Below, piece after piece: positions 48,035-60,291 of a stretch of 64,000 nt of DNA. Position 1 is the stretch's first letter; every line of letters begins with the position of its first letter. The notes under the pieces were generated by a model. That model did not search any database and had not been told where the DNA came from. It saw only the letters and a list, made by a program, of their open reading frames with translations. The stretch covers positions 620,001 to 684,000 of the forward strand of contig MCFH01000018.1 of the NCBI GenBank assembly GCA_002104945.1, in the 5' to 3' direction. Both the position numbers and the translations under genes were made by a program. The DNA is from Piromyces finnis finn. Taxonomy: Eukaryota; Fungi; Neocallimastigomycota.

Positions 48035-49441
48035 ATGAAGATTTCTCATATTATTTCATTTTTAGTATCAACATCTACTGTAGCCTTAGCTCAGAGTTTT
48101 TGTGATGCAACTGGTCACAGTGGTGAAAGTATTAAAGTTAATGGTAATAAAATTGGTAAAATAGGAAATGTTGATTATCAATTATGGGCTGATGGTGGTA
48201 ATAATAGTGCAACTTTCTATTCTGATGGTTCCTTTTCTTGTGCTTTCCAAACTTCAATAGATTATTTATGTCGTACTGGTATGTCTTTTAATAATGGAAA
48301 AACACATTCTCAAATTGGTCATATAACAGCAGATTTTAAAGTTGTAAAACAAAGCATTACTAATGTTGGTTATGCTTATGTTGGTGTTTATGGTTGGACT
48401 AAAAATCCAAGAGTAGAATATTATGTTGTCGATGACTGGCTTTCTCCACAAAGACCAGGTGATTGGCTTGGTAATCAAAAGCAAGGTGATTTCACTATTG
48501 ATGGTGCTGAATATACAGTATATAAGAACGTACGTAGTGATCTCACACAATACTTTAGTCTTCGTAAGGTTGGCCGTAGTTGTGGTTCTATTAATGTTTC
48601 TGCTCATTTTCAACAATGGGAAAAACTTGGTATGACAATGGGTACCATAGATGAAGTTAAGGTTTTAGCGGAAATAGGAAATAGTAATGGTGGTGTTACT
48701 GGTACTGTAGAATTCCCATATGCTAAGGTTTATCTTGGCGCCCCATCTCAAAGTCAAAGTTCAACTCAAGGACAAGCAACAACTCAAGGTCAAAGTTCAA
48801 CTCAAGGACAAACAACAACTCAAGGTCAAAATCCAACTCAAGGACAAACAACAACTCAAGGTCAAAATCCAACTCAAGGACAAACAACAACACAAGATCA
48901 AAATACCTCACAAAATAATAATTGGGGTAATAATAATGGTGGTTTTGATATTCCAACTAATCCAGCTCCAGGACAAGCTCCACAATGGCCTGGTATGGGC
49001 GGTAATGGTGGCTTTGATATTCCAACTAATCCAGCTCCAGGACAAGCTCCACAATGGCCTGGTATGGGCGGTAATGGTGGTTTTGATATTCCATCTAATC
49101 CAGCTCCAGGACAAGCTCCACAATGGCCTGGTATGGGAGGTAATGATGGTTTTGATATTCCATCTAATCCAGCTCCAGGACAAGCTCCACAATGGCCTGG
49201 TATGGGAGGTAATGGTGGTTGGAGTATGCCACCAAGTCCAGCTCCAGGACAGGCTCCACAATGGGGTAATATTGGTGGAGGTGCTCCACAAAGTGCTGTT
49301 ACCAATGCAAATGGTGGTGGTAATTGTGCAGGTGATTGGGCTCAATGTGGTGGTCAAGGATTTAATGGACCAACTTGTTGTACTAAAGGAAAATGCTTGA
49401 AAATTAATGAATATTATTCTCAATGTAAACCATATCTTTAA
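48035..49441 (+). CDS. Secreted GH11 xylanase-family protein with repetitive linker and C-terminal CBM1 (no dockerin); thumb-loop tip deleted
   Basis: Signal peptide MKISHIISFLVSTSTVALA; GH11 motifs VYGWTKNPRVEYYVV and SAHFQQWEKLGM...KVLAEIG; CBM1 CAGDWAQCGGQGFNGPTCCTKGKCLKINEYYSQC. Confidence 0.92.
   Translation: MKISHIISFLVSTSTVALAQSFCDATGHSGESIKVNGNKIGKIGNVDYQLWADGGNNSATFYSDGSFSCAFQTSIDYLCRTGMSFNNGKTHSQIGHITADFKVVKQSITNVGYAYVGVYGWTKNPRVEYYVVDDWLSPQRPGDWLGNQKQGDFTIDGAEYTVYKNVRSDLTQYFSLRKVGRSCGSINVSAHFQQWEKLGMTMGTIDEVKVLAEIGNSNGGVTGTVEFPYAKVYLGAPSQSQSSTQGQATTQGQSSTQGQTTTQGQNPTQGQTTTQGQNPTQGQTTTQDQNTSQNNNWGNNNGGFDIPTNPAPGQAPQWPGMGGNGGFDIPTNPAPGQAPQWPGMGGNGGFDIPSNPAPGQAPQWPGMGGNDGFDIPSNPAPGQAPQWPGMGGNGGWSMPPSPAPGQAPQWGNIGGGAPQSAVTNANGGGNCAGDWAQCGGQGFNGPTCCTKGKCLKINEYYSQCKPYL
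48757..49270 (+). repeat. Coding linker repeats: 36-bp Q/T/G units, then a 69-bp unit (GGFDIPxNPAPGQAPQWPGMGGN) x4 plus one degenerate copy
   Basis: Read directly; the 69-bp array starts at 48938. Confidence 0.92.
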
Positions 49442-50918
49442 ATTAAGTGTTTACCTAATAAATAATTATTTTGATTTTATTTATTTTATATATATGTTTA
49501 ATTTACTTTTTTTATTCTTTGTAAGATTTTTATTACTATATAATTTTAATATATATAATATTAATATGTATATAATAAAAACAATCATATTCTCTAATTA
49601 ATATCATTTCTAAAATAAATAAATTATTATCTTATTTACTATCATATACAATAAACATAATAATAATTATTAATAAAAAATAATATATTAAAAGTGTAAT
49701 ATTAGATATATATTAAAAAAAAAAAAAAAAACGATATTTTCAATGTTTTGCATGCTTGTGTATTGTTTGCAATATAGAGATTGTTATCAAAGAGGATTAA
49801 TAAATGGCATAATAATACTAAAATATACAAATTATTTAAATGTCATGAAATTTCGTTTTTAATAATAAAAAATAACATTAATAATAAATAACTGATGAAT
49901 TCTCTTTATATTTTTTAATAAAAATAGATATAAATACTATTCATAAATAATTAGATTTATATTTTATTTACACTCATTTCAATTAAAATTTTTATAATTT
50001 AACTATTAGTATTTTTACATAATATTATCTTTAATATTAATGCCTACTTCAGAAAATAATTTTAAGAATAATTTTATTTTATGGATCATTTTATACTACT
50101 TTTTTTTTATTGTATCTTCCTCAATAGAAATACAATATTTGACATTTTAAACATTAAGATATAGTAACTAAGTAAATTGTTGAAATATAAGTGTATATTG
50201 ATAATATTAATGGATTAAAATTAAAAAGAAAATTTACTTTTAAGTAACTATAACTATCAGAAGATTAAAATTTAAAAGGAATTTCACAAATTCATGGTAA
50301 AAAAAGTACAGAAAATTTAGTTTTTTAGAGAGGATTTAGGATTTTTTTTTAATGTTTATTATAACTAAGATAATATAAAATATCAAAGGAAATGATTTAA
50401 TAAAAATAATTTTTTAAAAATTTTTCAAAATGCTTGATCCAAAATTTAATCAATATAATAATAGTAGGTATCAATTAAAAATTTCATTATTTTAATAATG
50501 AATTGATGTAAATACACTAAACTCATCATCAATTACTACTTATTATTATCATTATTTTTATATTTAAAAGAATAAATAAATAAATTGTTTTTAATTTGAA
50601 TATTTTTCATATTTTTCATTTATTTATTTTGAACTTTCTAATTTTTATTATTTTTATTTATTTTTTATTTTCATTTTTTATTTTTTGTTATGTATTATTA
50701 TTATTTTAAATAGTTATCTTATATTGATATATAAATATATATATCATTATAACATAATTTATATTATCCTTTTTTACTTTTAACTTTTGGATTATTTGGA
50801 TTACATTAAAAATTTTTTTTTTTTTACTTTTAAAAAATTTTATCTTGATTCTATTCTTAGTATTGCTATTATTGTTATTGTAATTGTTCGTAATTGTTAT
50901 TATTATTTAATAGTTTTC

Positions 50919-50949
<31 letters not shown>

Positions 50950-51124
50950 CATTTTTCTTTTTTTGATAAACCTTTTATATATACACTCTGATTTCCTTTT
51001 TTTCAAATAACATATAAATAATGTATTTAATAATACAATTTTATTAAAAATATGTTATTATTATTATAAATGATAGTTACTAGAAAATTTGAATTGTTTT
51101 TATCCAACAAATAATTCTATTATA

Positions 51125-51159
<35 letters not shown>

Positions 51160-52344
51160 AAACAACTACAGAATTATTTGTCAAAAGTGGTTATAAAAAT
51201 TATAAAAATTCCTTTTATAATTCTTTTATGATTGAAAGAGAATGTATATATTAATTGATATTGTTTGTTCATTTTATTCCTCTTATAAGAAGCATTATTG
51301 TTTCTTGAATTATTATGTAGAGCAGTTATCTTTAAAAATATCATTTTTTTTTATCTATATAAACTTTTTAAAATTTTTACTATATATATTATTATTCATT
51401 AAAAAATAATTCTCTTTTCTATTTTTTTAAACTCGATTGTCTCTATAATTTTTTATTTTTCTTTTTCTTTCTTTCTTTTTTTTTTTTTCAATATTTCATG
51501 TCTATATATATATCTATTAATAATTATAATATATATAATAAAATAAAATATAAACTAATTTTCTTGGTAATTAACTATTATCTTTAAAATTAGAATAATA
51601 TAACTAAATTATCCTTTTTTTTCTTTTCTAGCCTTTTTACGAAAAAAATAAGCATTTTTTAATTTTATTATTATTATTTTTTTTTAATAAAATTCTCTTT
51701 TATTTATTTTCCAATTTACGATATATAAAAATAAATAAATAAATAAATAAAAAAACTAAAATCAATTGATAATTTTAATTTTTTTTTTTCTGCTTTGTTT
51801 TAAAAATGGGTTTTAATATTATAAATATTACAAAATAATGATGATTTAAATAAATATATATATTTATAAAATAATAAGGCATGATAATAATAACTATCTT
51901 TCTAAATATTTTAAAGATTAAAATGATATTTAAATGATAAAGTCTTTTACTTTTTCCTTGTTTTGAAAAAGGAAAGATATATTAATAAATAATTTTTGGA
52001 TAATAATGCTTAATATTAAGAATCAAAATTTTTATCTATTGTTTTTTTTTTAAAAGTACAATACAAAAATAAAATATATTAATAATGTTAATTGTACCTT
52101 TATATAATACGAAAAATATAAAATTTTAAAATTATTGGTTTAATAATTACCTTTTTCTACATTTTAATAAGATAAGATATAGGTTAGAAATGATATAATT
52201 TTTAATTATTAGCTTATTGGATTATTGGTCATAATAAATGTGTATTGTGTGTGTATAGGTATTATTTGAATGAAAATAATTGTTATATATGATTTTAATT
52301 TATTTTTTCTCTTGATTTTATAATGATCAAATTTACTAATCTTA

Positions 52345-54088
52345 TTATTGTTTATCGTTACTATCTGGAATAACAGTGTCAACAGCATCCGATACAGTTT
52401 CAGCAACTGGTTTAATAAAGTTGATGTAGATGAATGAGAAAAGAAGAATAAGAACAATGATAATAATAATGGTAATAATCCATAAGACCTAAATTTTATG
52501 GTATTAATAAAAAATTCCAACATAAAATTATTTATTTGGATTTATAAAACAATTTTTTTTTTTAAATTATTTTATATTACTATTTATTTATTATTTACCT
52601 TTCTACTACTTTTACGTTTTTCAACAGCCTTTACCATTTCTTCTGATGCTTGTTGAACAGCATCTTCGGCTTCATCAACTTGATTTTCTATTGAAATAAT
52701 AGCTTCATTTTGTGTAACTAACATGGTTTGCATATCTTGGAAAGTATATAATAATTCCTATTATAATGAATATATATATAATATACAATAATTAATATTT
52801 AATTCTTAATTGAAAATTTCAAATAAATTTGTTTAAAGTGCGTATTTATGGGTGTAAAGTTTTATTATATTCACTCACTTCAATGGATTGTTCAATTTTT
52901 TTCATTTCAGCATATCTATCTTGAGATTCTTGGTAAGCTCTCTTTGAAAGTTGAGAGCTTGATAATTCTTTAATGAATACTGGTTCGTTGTTATTTTCTT
53001 CAAAAGCCTTTTGAATTTCCCTTTCAGAAGCAGAACTATTAGCTATTAAAATGAAATTATTTAATTATTTTAATTTTTTTTTTTCAAATATATTATTATA
53101 TATATTATTATTCATTAATGAAAATTACTAATTATGTATTGATGCTTGAACATTTGGTAAGCTTCTTTTTGGTTGGCTTCTTTAACAGCATTGAATTCAT
53201 TTAAAGTATCTTTTAAATCTTTAGCAAGTTTTCTTTGGAAGGAAATACGAAGTGGCGTTGCTTTATCCTTTTTTTGAGCTTTAGTAGCATTACCAAGGGC
53301 TAAAAGTTGAGTACCAACATCTCTTAATCTACCCGAGATTTCTAATCCTAATCTATCTAATACTCTATTGGTTTCATATACTTTTGAAGTATTAACATTG
53401 GTTCTTAATTGTGAACCAAGTCTTCTCATTTGTTCAATATCTTTCTTGGCTAAATTAATTTCATTTTGTAAATTATTAATCTACAATTAATAAATATAAC
53501 AATATGAACATACAATAATAATTATATTAAATTTTATAAATTAACAATGAATTTGGTTTCATAAAGAATATTATATAAATAATTTTATGTGCATCATCTA
53601 TATATTATATATCTTTGCCATCTTAATATTATCTATTTTGAAATAATCTATTATAATAAAGTTTTTCTTACTTGTTTATCAAATTTCTCATCGACAACGA
53701 CTTGTTGATTACTGATTTTTTGATTACTAATATCTCCACTTTTTTCGTAATATTTAGTTTGATTGTTATCATTATCATTGTCATAATTACCATTGCTCTT
53801 TTTTTCGATAATATTTGTTTAAAAAAATATTTGATAATATTATTTCATTTGATTATTTATTTAATAAAGCCATAATAATTGAATGAAAAAGAAAAATATA
53901 AAAAAAAATAAGAATATTTTATTTTTTATATTATGAAATTTAAAAAATAGAATATATGAGAAAAAAAAAAAAAAAAATTAATTTACTGTTTTTAAAATAT
54001 AATTAAATTAATCAATAATATCATATATATAAAAAATACTGAAAACTATAGTTTTTACCTTTAAAGCATGAATAAGATCGCGATTCAT
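52345..54088 (-). CDS. Syntaxin (Sso1/syntaxin-1-like Qa-SNARE), ~324 aa
   Basis: Exons 54088-54059, 53797-53672, 53480-53129, 53042-52879, 52757-52599, 52488-52345 join in frame (975 nt). N-peptide MNRDLIHALK, Habc region, SNARE motif QDRYAEMKKIEQSIEELLYTFQDMQTMLVTQNEAIISIENQV, C-terminal TM helix. The exon 2 acceptor is AAG and less certain. Confidence 0.85.
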
Positions 54089-55582
54089 TTTGATATTATT
54101 ATTTTATATTAAACTGGTATATTGAAAAAGAAATAATAGTTTTTGGTTTGTCTTTTTTTATAAGCTTTGAATTGTATTAATTTTTATTTATTTTTATAAT
54201 AAGAAAAGTCTTGTATTATTATAAAAATAAATTAAGGATATAAAATATTTATAAATTGTTGAGTATTCCTTTTTTTTTTTTTTTTTTTATACTTTATAAA
54301 TATGAATTATTTTATAAATAAAAAGAAATAATTATATTTATATTTATAATATTATATTAAATAAGTAATTGCTAATTTTTAGAGATGAAAAAGTACAAAA
54401 ATTAAAAAAAAAAAAAAAAAAAAAAAAAGCAAAATAATAATAATTATATATTTAATATAAGGAAAAAATCGATATAATTGTTTTTTTTAAAACCCCAATA
54501 TTTAATTAATATCTTTTATATTTTATTATTGAAATTTTTAGTATGAATATTCTAATTATTTCTTTTTATTAATAAAAATTACGAAAAATTATTAATGTTT
54601 TTTTTTTTGCAAATATAAATTTTTAATTTATTAATATATCTATTAAATATATTAATAATATATTTATTTATATAACAATTACTATATTAATATTACACAA
54701 TTTAATTTATCATAATATATATAATCTATATAAAATACTAGAGCTACACTTCAAATCTTGTTTTATACACTAAATATAATAATAATTAAAGTTTGTATCT
54801 ATTTAAATAGTAAATAAATTAATTATTATAGGCTCTTTATTAAGCTGTATATATTAAAATATATTTTGAATATATTTAAAATAGTAAGAAATAAATGACT
54901 TTTTAAAATCATGATAAAAACTATTAATAAATTATTAAGAAATAATATTTTATAGGCTAAGCTTTTTTTAGATATCAAATTTGTCGATAGCTAAAGCTTT
55001 AGCTTTTGAAAGTTCTATGCTATTATTATTTTAAAAGGATGTCAATAGAAGACTAACGATATTATTAAAATGGAGTTGGAATAATAATATTGTGCTATTA
55101 TGCTTTTAAGAATAGTAATTAATCTTTATTTTTTTTTTTCAGTTTTCTTTTTTTTTTATTTAAATTTGGTATAAAAGTTGTGAATATTTCAAAAGTGTGA
55201 GAAACAACTATTTGTTATAAAATAAGATAATTATTAGGTATTTTTATTAATATATGAATAAAATAGTCCAAATAACCTTTTATATATTATTAATTATTGA
55301 TAAAACCAATTAACAACCTGCTTAATTTCTCATTTAAACTGAATAACATTAATGCCATCATTATTATTTGAATAATTATGAAAAAAACTTTAATGAATAA
55401 AAAACGTGTGTAAAAGTATTAAATTTATATATATAAAAAGCTTCTTTAATCTTTAGTTTCAATTAATTTATAAAATGCGTATTTTAAAAGAGGAATTACT
55501 TTTTTCTTTTTCTTTTTCTGTGTTATTTGTTATTTTCCAATTATACCAAGTCTTGTAATTAAATATATAGATAATTATCCTC

Positions 55583-55616
<34 letters not shown>

Positions 55617-55910
55617 CTGTATAATTTTAATTTTGAATAGATATATTTAAATATTTTGAAAAAGAATGATATTATACAAGAATGAATAATACTTTTATAT
55701 TTTTATTCCAGTATCATCATAACAATTATCATTAAATAATTATCAATAGTTCGCTTAATCGCTAATAATAAAATAATAGCAAAGGTATATGGGTATTTTT
55801 TAGGAGTTAGATGTTTGATAAAACTTTTTTTTTTTCTTATTTTTTGTTATTATTATCCTGTAACTGCATGATATATCCTAAAATAATAGTGAAATAATTA
55901 GGAAAATATA

Positions 55911-57219
55911 TTAACTTTGTTTTTGTTTTTTATTTGAAATTTCTTCTTTGTAATTTATAATCATGTCATCAATATTTTTTAATTTTGAAATTAACAAAGA
56001 GTATGCATTCTAAAAAAAAAAAAAGAATAATTAATTTGTATTTTGAATAGTTCATATATTATAGAGTCAAATGTATATATCTCTTACATTATTTTCATTA
56101 TTTTCATTCTTTGTTAGTTCTCCAACTTTATTTAATATTTTATCATATTTTTGCTGTACACTCTTCCAATTAACCTCTGTATCATCATCTTTGTATAAAT
56201 TCATATTATTATTATAATCATTTTTAAATAATTGTTATTAAAAACATTTAAATTTAAAAAGATTTGTACTCATACATGAATAAATTTAATGAATACTTTA
56301 CCTATTTCTATTATTGAAGGAGATACATCATTAATCTTTGTTTTTTTAATTTCTTTATTCTTTATATTAATTTCTTGAATTGTCATTTTTTTGATAGCTT
56401 CTGAATATTTTCGTCTTTGCTCTGAAATCTCGATTTGTAAAAGCGATATTTGTTTATCTAAATCTGTAAGAGTTTTTGCTAAATTGGCATCAAGAGGTTC
56501 ATGCGCTAATTATTCATTTTAAGAAAATTGTCATAGTAGTAAAGTAAATTATTATATTATTGAATTATTTTCTTTTTTTTTTCATTTTTAAAATATTGTC
56601 TTTTTTTAAAGATAATAAATATTTTATTTCTTTTTTTTTTTTTTGTTATAACATAAGCTATTAATTATCAATTATAGTATTATCATTATTTATTATATAC
56701 CTTCTTCCGTATTAAACACTTCTTCATAATTTTCTCCCCCTATTACAATATTGGGTCCTGCCATTTTAAATATTTGTTCTATCCACTTTTTTTTTTTTTT
56801 AAAAAAAAATAATGATTTTTTAATTATTATTGCTATTTTCATAATTGATTATTATTCATTAAACATTCAACTTTTTTTAACTAATCATTTTATAAAATTA
56901 AAAATTCATATTTTATTTTCAGTGTATTTTAATTAATAGTAATTACCTCATTCATTGTTTGGTCTAATTCATTTCTCCATTTTTTTTTTAATTTATCTTT
57001 AGTTACTCTTTTGCGTTTTTTTGTTATTTGAATATCATCAAAATTTTGAGGGTATAAATTGTTATCTTTTTCCATTTCATCACATATTTTTTTTATTGAA
57101 TTTTTAAATTGATTTTTTAAAAATTCTATATCGTAACGTGAATCCACTGAAATTTTTGGGAAAGAATCCTTTTGAGTATTTAAATTTTCCATGGGGTTTA
57201 TATCTTTTGATTTATCCAT
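55911..57219 (-). CDS. Nsl1/Mis14-like kinetochore (Mis12 complex) protein, ~253 aa
   Basis: Exons 57219-56947, 56785-56701, 56505-56302, 56188-56088, 56009-55911 join in frame (762 nt). PKISVDSRYDIEFL and HEPLDANLAKTL...EISEQRR resemble Nsl1 motifs. Confidence 0.65.
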
Positions 57220-58143
57220 TAAAAAATAAAGTATTAGTTTTTTTTTTTTTTAAATAACAATAATGTTTATTAAAATTGGAAAAAGAATAAAAAAAAAAAA
57301 TTAATAAATTGTAGTATTTTACCAAAATTTCTTTAAATATTTTGGTTACATTTATATTTATGAATTTTAAAAATTAAAATTTTTAATTTAATATATAAAA
57401 AATAAAAAAATATTATATAAAATATTGTACTATTTATTGTATATGAAAAAATATATGAAATGGTTTTATATAAAGCTAACATAAACCCTTTTTTTTTTTT
57501 TGCTTACGATAAAACCTTTAGAGCATACATTAAAATACTTGAATATTAAAAATTATTTTAAAAATATCTAAAAAAATATAGATAATAATTAATTAATATG
57601 TGTATTATATATTTAAAATGCAATTATCATGGATAACATATTTGGGTTTTTAGTATTATATTTCTTTTATTATTATGAATAAATTAATTTAAAAAGTTAT
57701 TCATAGATTCATAGATTATTATTTTTACTTTTGCATAACAATAAAATGACTAATAAAAAAGCTCTATATTTCGTATGGTTAAAGAGTGAAAAGCATTCGT
57801 TTTTATTTAAATCTATTATTTAATTAAAAAAAAATATTTAGATAAACTCTAATTTATATATTTTATTTTTTAATTAATAGTTTTACAATTTATATAATTT
57901 ATATAATTTATATATTTTATATATATAAAGGTTTTTGCATTTCACATTTTAAAATCTTAATTTCAATTACATTTTAATAATTTCTTTTATTCATTATATA
58001 AACGTAGTACCTTTTTCATATATTTATTATTTTTTAAATATTATATATTTCATTTGTAAATAAATAAACATAAATAAATAAATTTATTAGCAAATAAAGA
58101 AAGAAAAAAAGACTTTAAAGAATAATATTAATAAATATATAAA

Positions 58144-59805
58144 ATGAATGAAATTGAAGAATTCAAATTATTTATTGAGGAAAATAAATGTAATCTTAAT
58201 AAAATAAATTTATATATTAATTCAAAAAAGATATTTCTAACCAAATTAAATAAGGAGACCCTTGAGATTGTATTATTCTCAATTGAATGTCATGCCTCTC
58301 ATAGTATCATTAAAATGCTTATTAATAAATATGGGAATTACAGTTTTTTAAAGTACTGTATTGATACTCATAATCTTAATGCACTTTCCCTTTTTTTTAA
58401 AATATTTACTTATGATAATCAATTTATTTTAAATATCATTAAACTTTTAAAAAATAACCCAAAAAATTTAACGGAACACTTTATGACCCTAATTAATGAT
58501 GAAAAATGCAAAATAAAGATACCAATATCGTTTTATAAAACGGCTTTAACTCACCGTCACTACGATACTCTTAAGCTATTATTAGAAAACGAAACACCAG
58601 AAACTATTTTAGTCATCAATGATGAATTAGATTTATTTTCAAATGCCGTTCAAGATGATAATTTAATGATAGTTAAAATACTTGCTAACTATGCTGTTGA
58701 TATTACTAAAAAATCAATTTATTTACCTGTATTAAAAACAGCATCCGAAAATGGCTATTTAGACATTCTTCAATATTTGTTAGATGTAGGTAATGTAGAT
58801 ATAAATGAAGTGTTTAGTTATGGATTTACTGCACTCATGATTGCCGTTAAAAAAGATTTACTACCAGTAGTTCAATTTTTAATTGAACATGGTGCTAATA
58901 TTTATTATAAAGATAACAATAACAATACTGCACTCTTACTAGGTGTAAGATATAATCGAAGTCAAATTATAAATTATTTAGTAGAAAAGGAAGGTAAATT
59001 TCTTTTCCAAAAGGATAGTAATGGTAAAAAAGCACTATTAATAGCCATGAAATATGAATATAACGATATAGCAAAAATATTATTAAAATACTATCCAGAA
59101 ATAAATGAAAAGGATGAACATGGAAATTCGTTAATACACATTGCTATACAACATAATCAGAAGGATTTGGTGAATGATTTAATAAGAAGGGGTGTTCTAT
59201 TAAATAACTTAGATTGCTGTAATAACACACCATTACTACTTTCAATTAAAGAAGGTTATTATGATATTGCATTAGAACTTTTAGAAAATAAAGTCGATAT
59301 TCATACAAAAGATAATGTTAACGATACAGCATTAATTATTTCAGCAAGAAAGGGTCGTCTAGAATTAGTTATAAGATTAATACAACAAGGGGCAAAAATG
59401 TCAGATAAGAATAAGGAAGGTTTCACACCTCTATTTTCAGCCTATACTGAGAATCATACAGATGTTCTCATTTATATGTTAGAAAATACCTCAAATGTCA
59501 ACGAAAAAAATAGTAAAGGTGAAACTTTGTTAATGTGTGCTGTAAAAGATAATAACATTATGATATGTAATTACCTAATACAAAGAAAAAAAATTAATAT
59601 TAACAGTAAAGATAATGAAGGAAATACAGCCTTGATTCTAGCCTCTCAAAAAGATAATTTTTCTTTAGTAAAATATTTAGTGGAAAATGGAGCCAATGTT
59701 CATGAAAAAAATAATCAACTCAAAGATGCATTATACTATTCATCCAAAGAATATGATTATAATAAATATATTTATGATTTTTTGGAACCATTAATGAATA
59801 ATTAA
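58144..59805 (+). CDS. Ankyrin-repeat protein (553 aa), cluster member 1
   Basis: Multiple G-x-TAL/TPL..A....vkyLve.GA ankyrin repeats; intronless. Confidence 0.92.
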   Translation: MNEIEEFKLFIEENKCNLNKINLYINSKKIFLTKLNKETLEIVLFSIECHASHSIIKMLINKYGNYSFLKYCIDTHNLNALSLFFKIFTYDNQFILNIIKLLKNNPKNLTEHFMTLINDEKCKIKIPISFYKTALTHRHYDTLKLLLENETPETILVINDELDLFSNAVQDDNLMIVKILANYAVDITKKSIYLPVLKTASENGYLDILQYLLDVGNVDINEVFSYGFTALMIAVKKDLLPVVQFLIEHGANIYYKDNNNNTALLLGVRYNRSQIINYLVEKEGKFLFQKDSNGKKALLIAMKYEYNDIAKILLKYYPEINEKDEHGNSLIHIAIQHNQKDLVNDLIRRGVLLNNLDCCNNTPLLLSIKEGYYDIALELLENKVDIHTKDNVNDTALIISARKGRLELVIRLIQQGAKMSDKNKEGFTPLFSAYTENHTDVLIYMLENTSNVNEKNSKGETLLMCAVKDNNIMICNYLIQRKKININSKDNEGNTALILASQKDNFSLVKYLVENGANVHEKNNQLKDALYYSSKEYDYNKYIYDFLEPLMNN

Positions 59806-59974
59806 ATAAATAATAAATATATACTTTTTTTCAAACTTAAAAATAAAAAAAAGTCTATGTAGTAAAAAAAAAAAAAACTATCGAATTTAAATAATATTTT
59901 TAAATAATATTTATTAATTATTTATATAATATTATATACTTTTTTCTCTTTTGTATGTGTTATTAATAATGATG

Positions 59975-60009
<35 letters not shown>

Positions 60010-60291
60010 CGAATAAAAGCATAATAAAAAAATAATATTTATAAATTAATAATTAATAAATATTATTTAAATAAATTTATGTAGTGTTTTAATATTCCTT
60101 TTATTAGTATTATTAAAATATTTTTTAATTATCATTAAAAATTAATTTATTTATCTTAATATTAAAATTTCAAAATTTGAAATTCTGAAATGCAATTTCA
60201 ATTTTAATTTGTATAATTTAACATTTATTATTAAAATAGATAGATAGATAGATAGATAAAATATACTTTTTTAAAATAGCTTTTAATAATC

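Noticed and set aside
48266-49601. Overlapping ORFs around the GH11 gene (48720..49400, 48898..49305, 48908..49423 and others)
   Set aside because: Frames kept open by the repetitive linker; no independent coding signal.
53798-53875. In-frame TAA codons upstream of syntaxin exon 2, suggesting a pseudogene or stop-codon reassignment
   Set aside because: A proper first exon (MNRDLIHALK, 54088-54059) places these stops inside an intron, and TAA terminates many other genes here.
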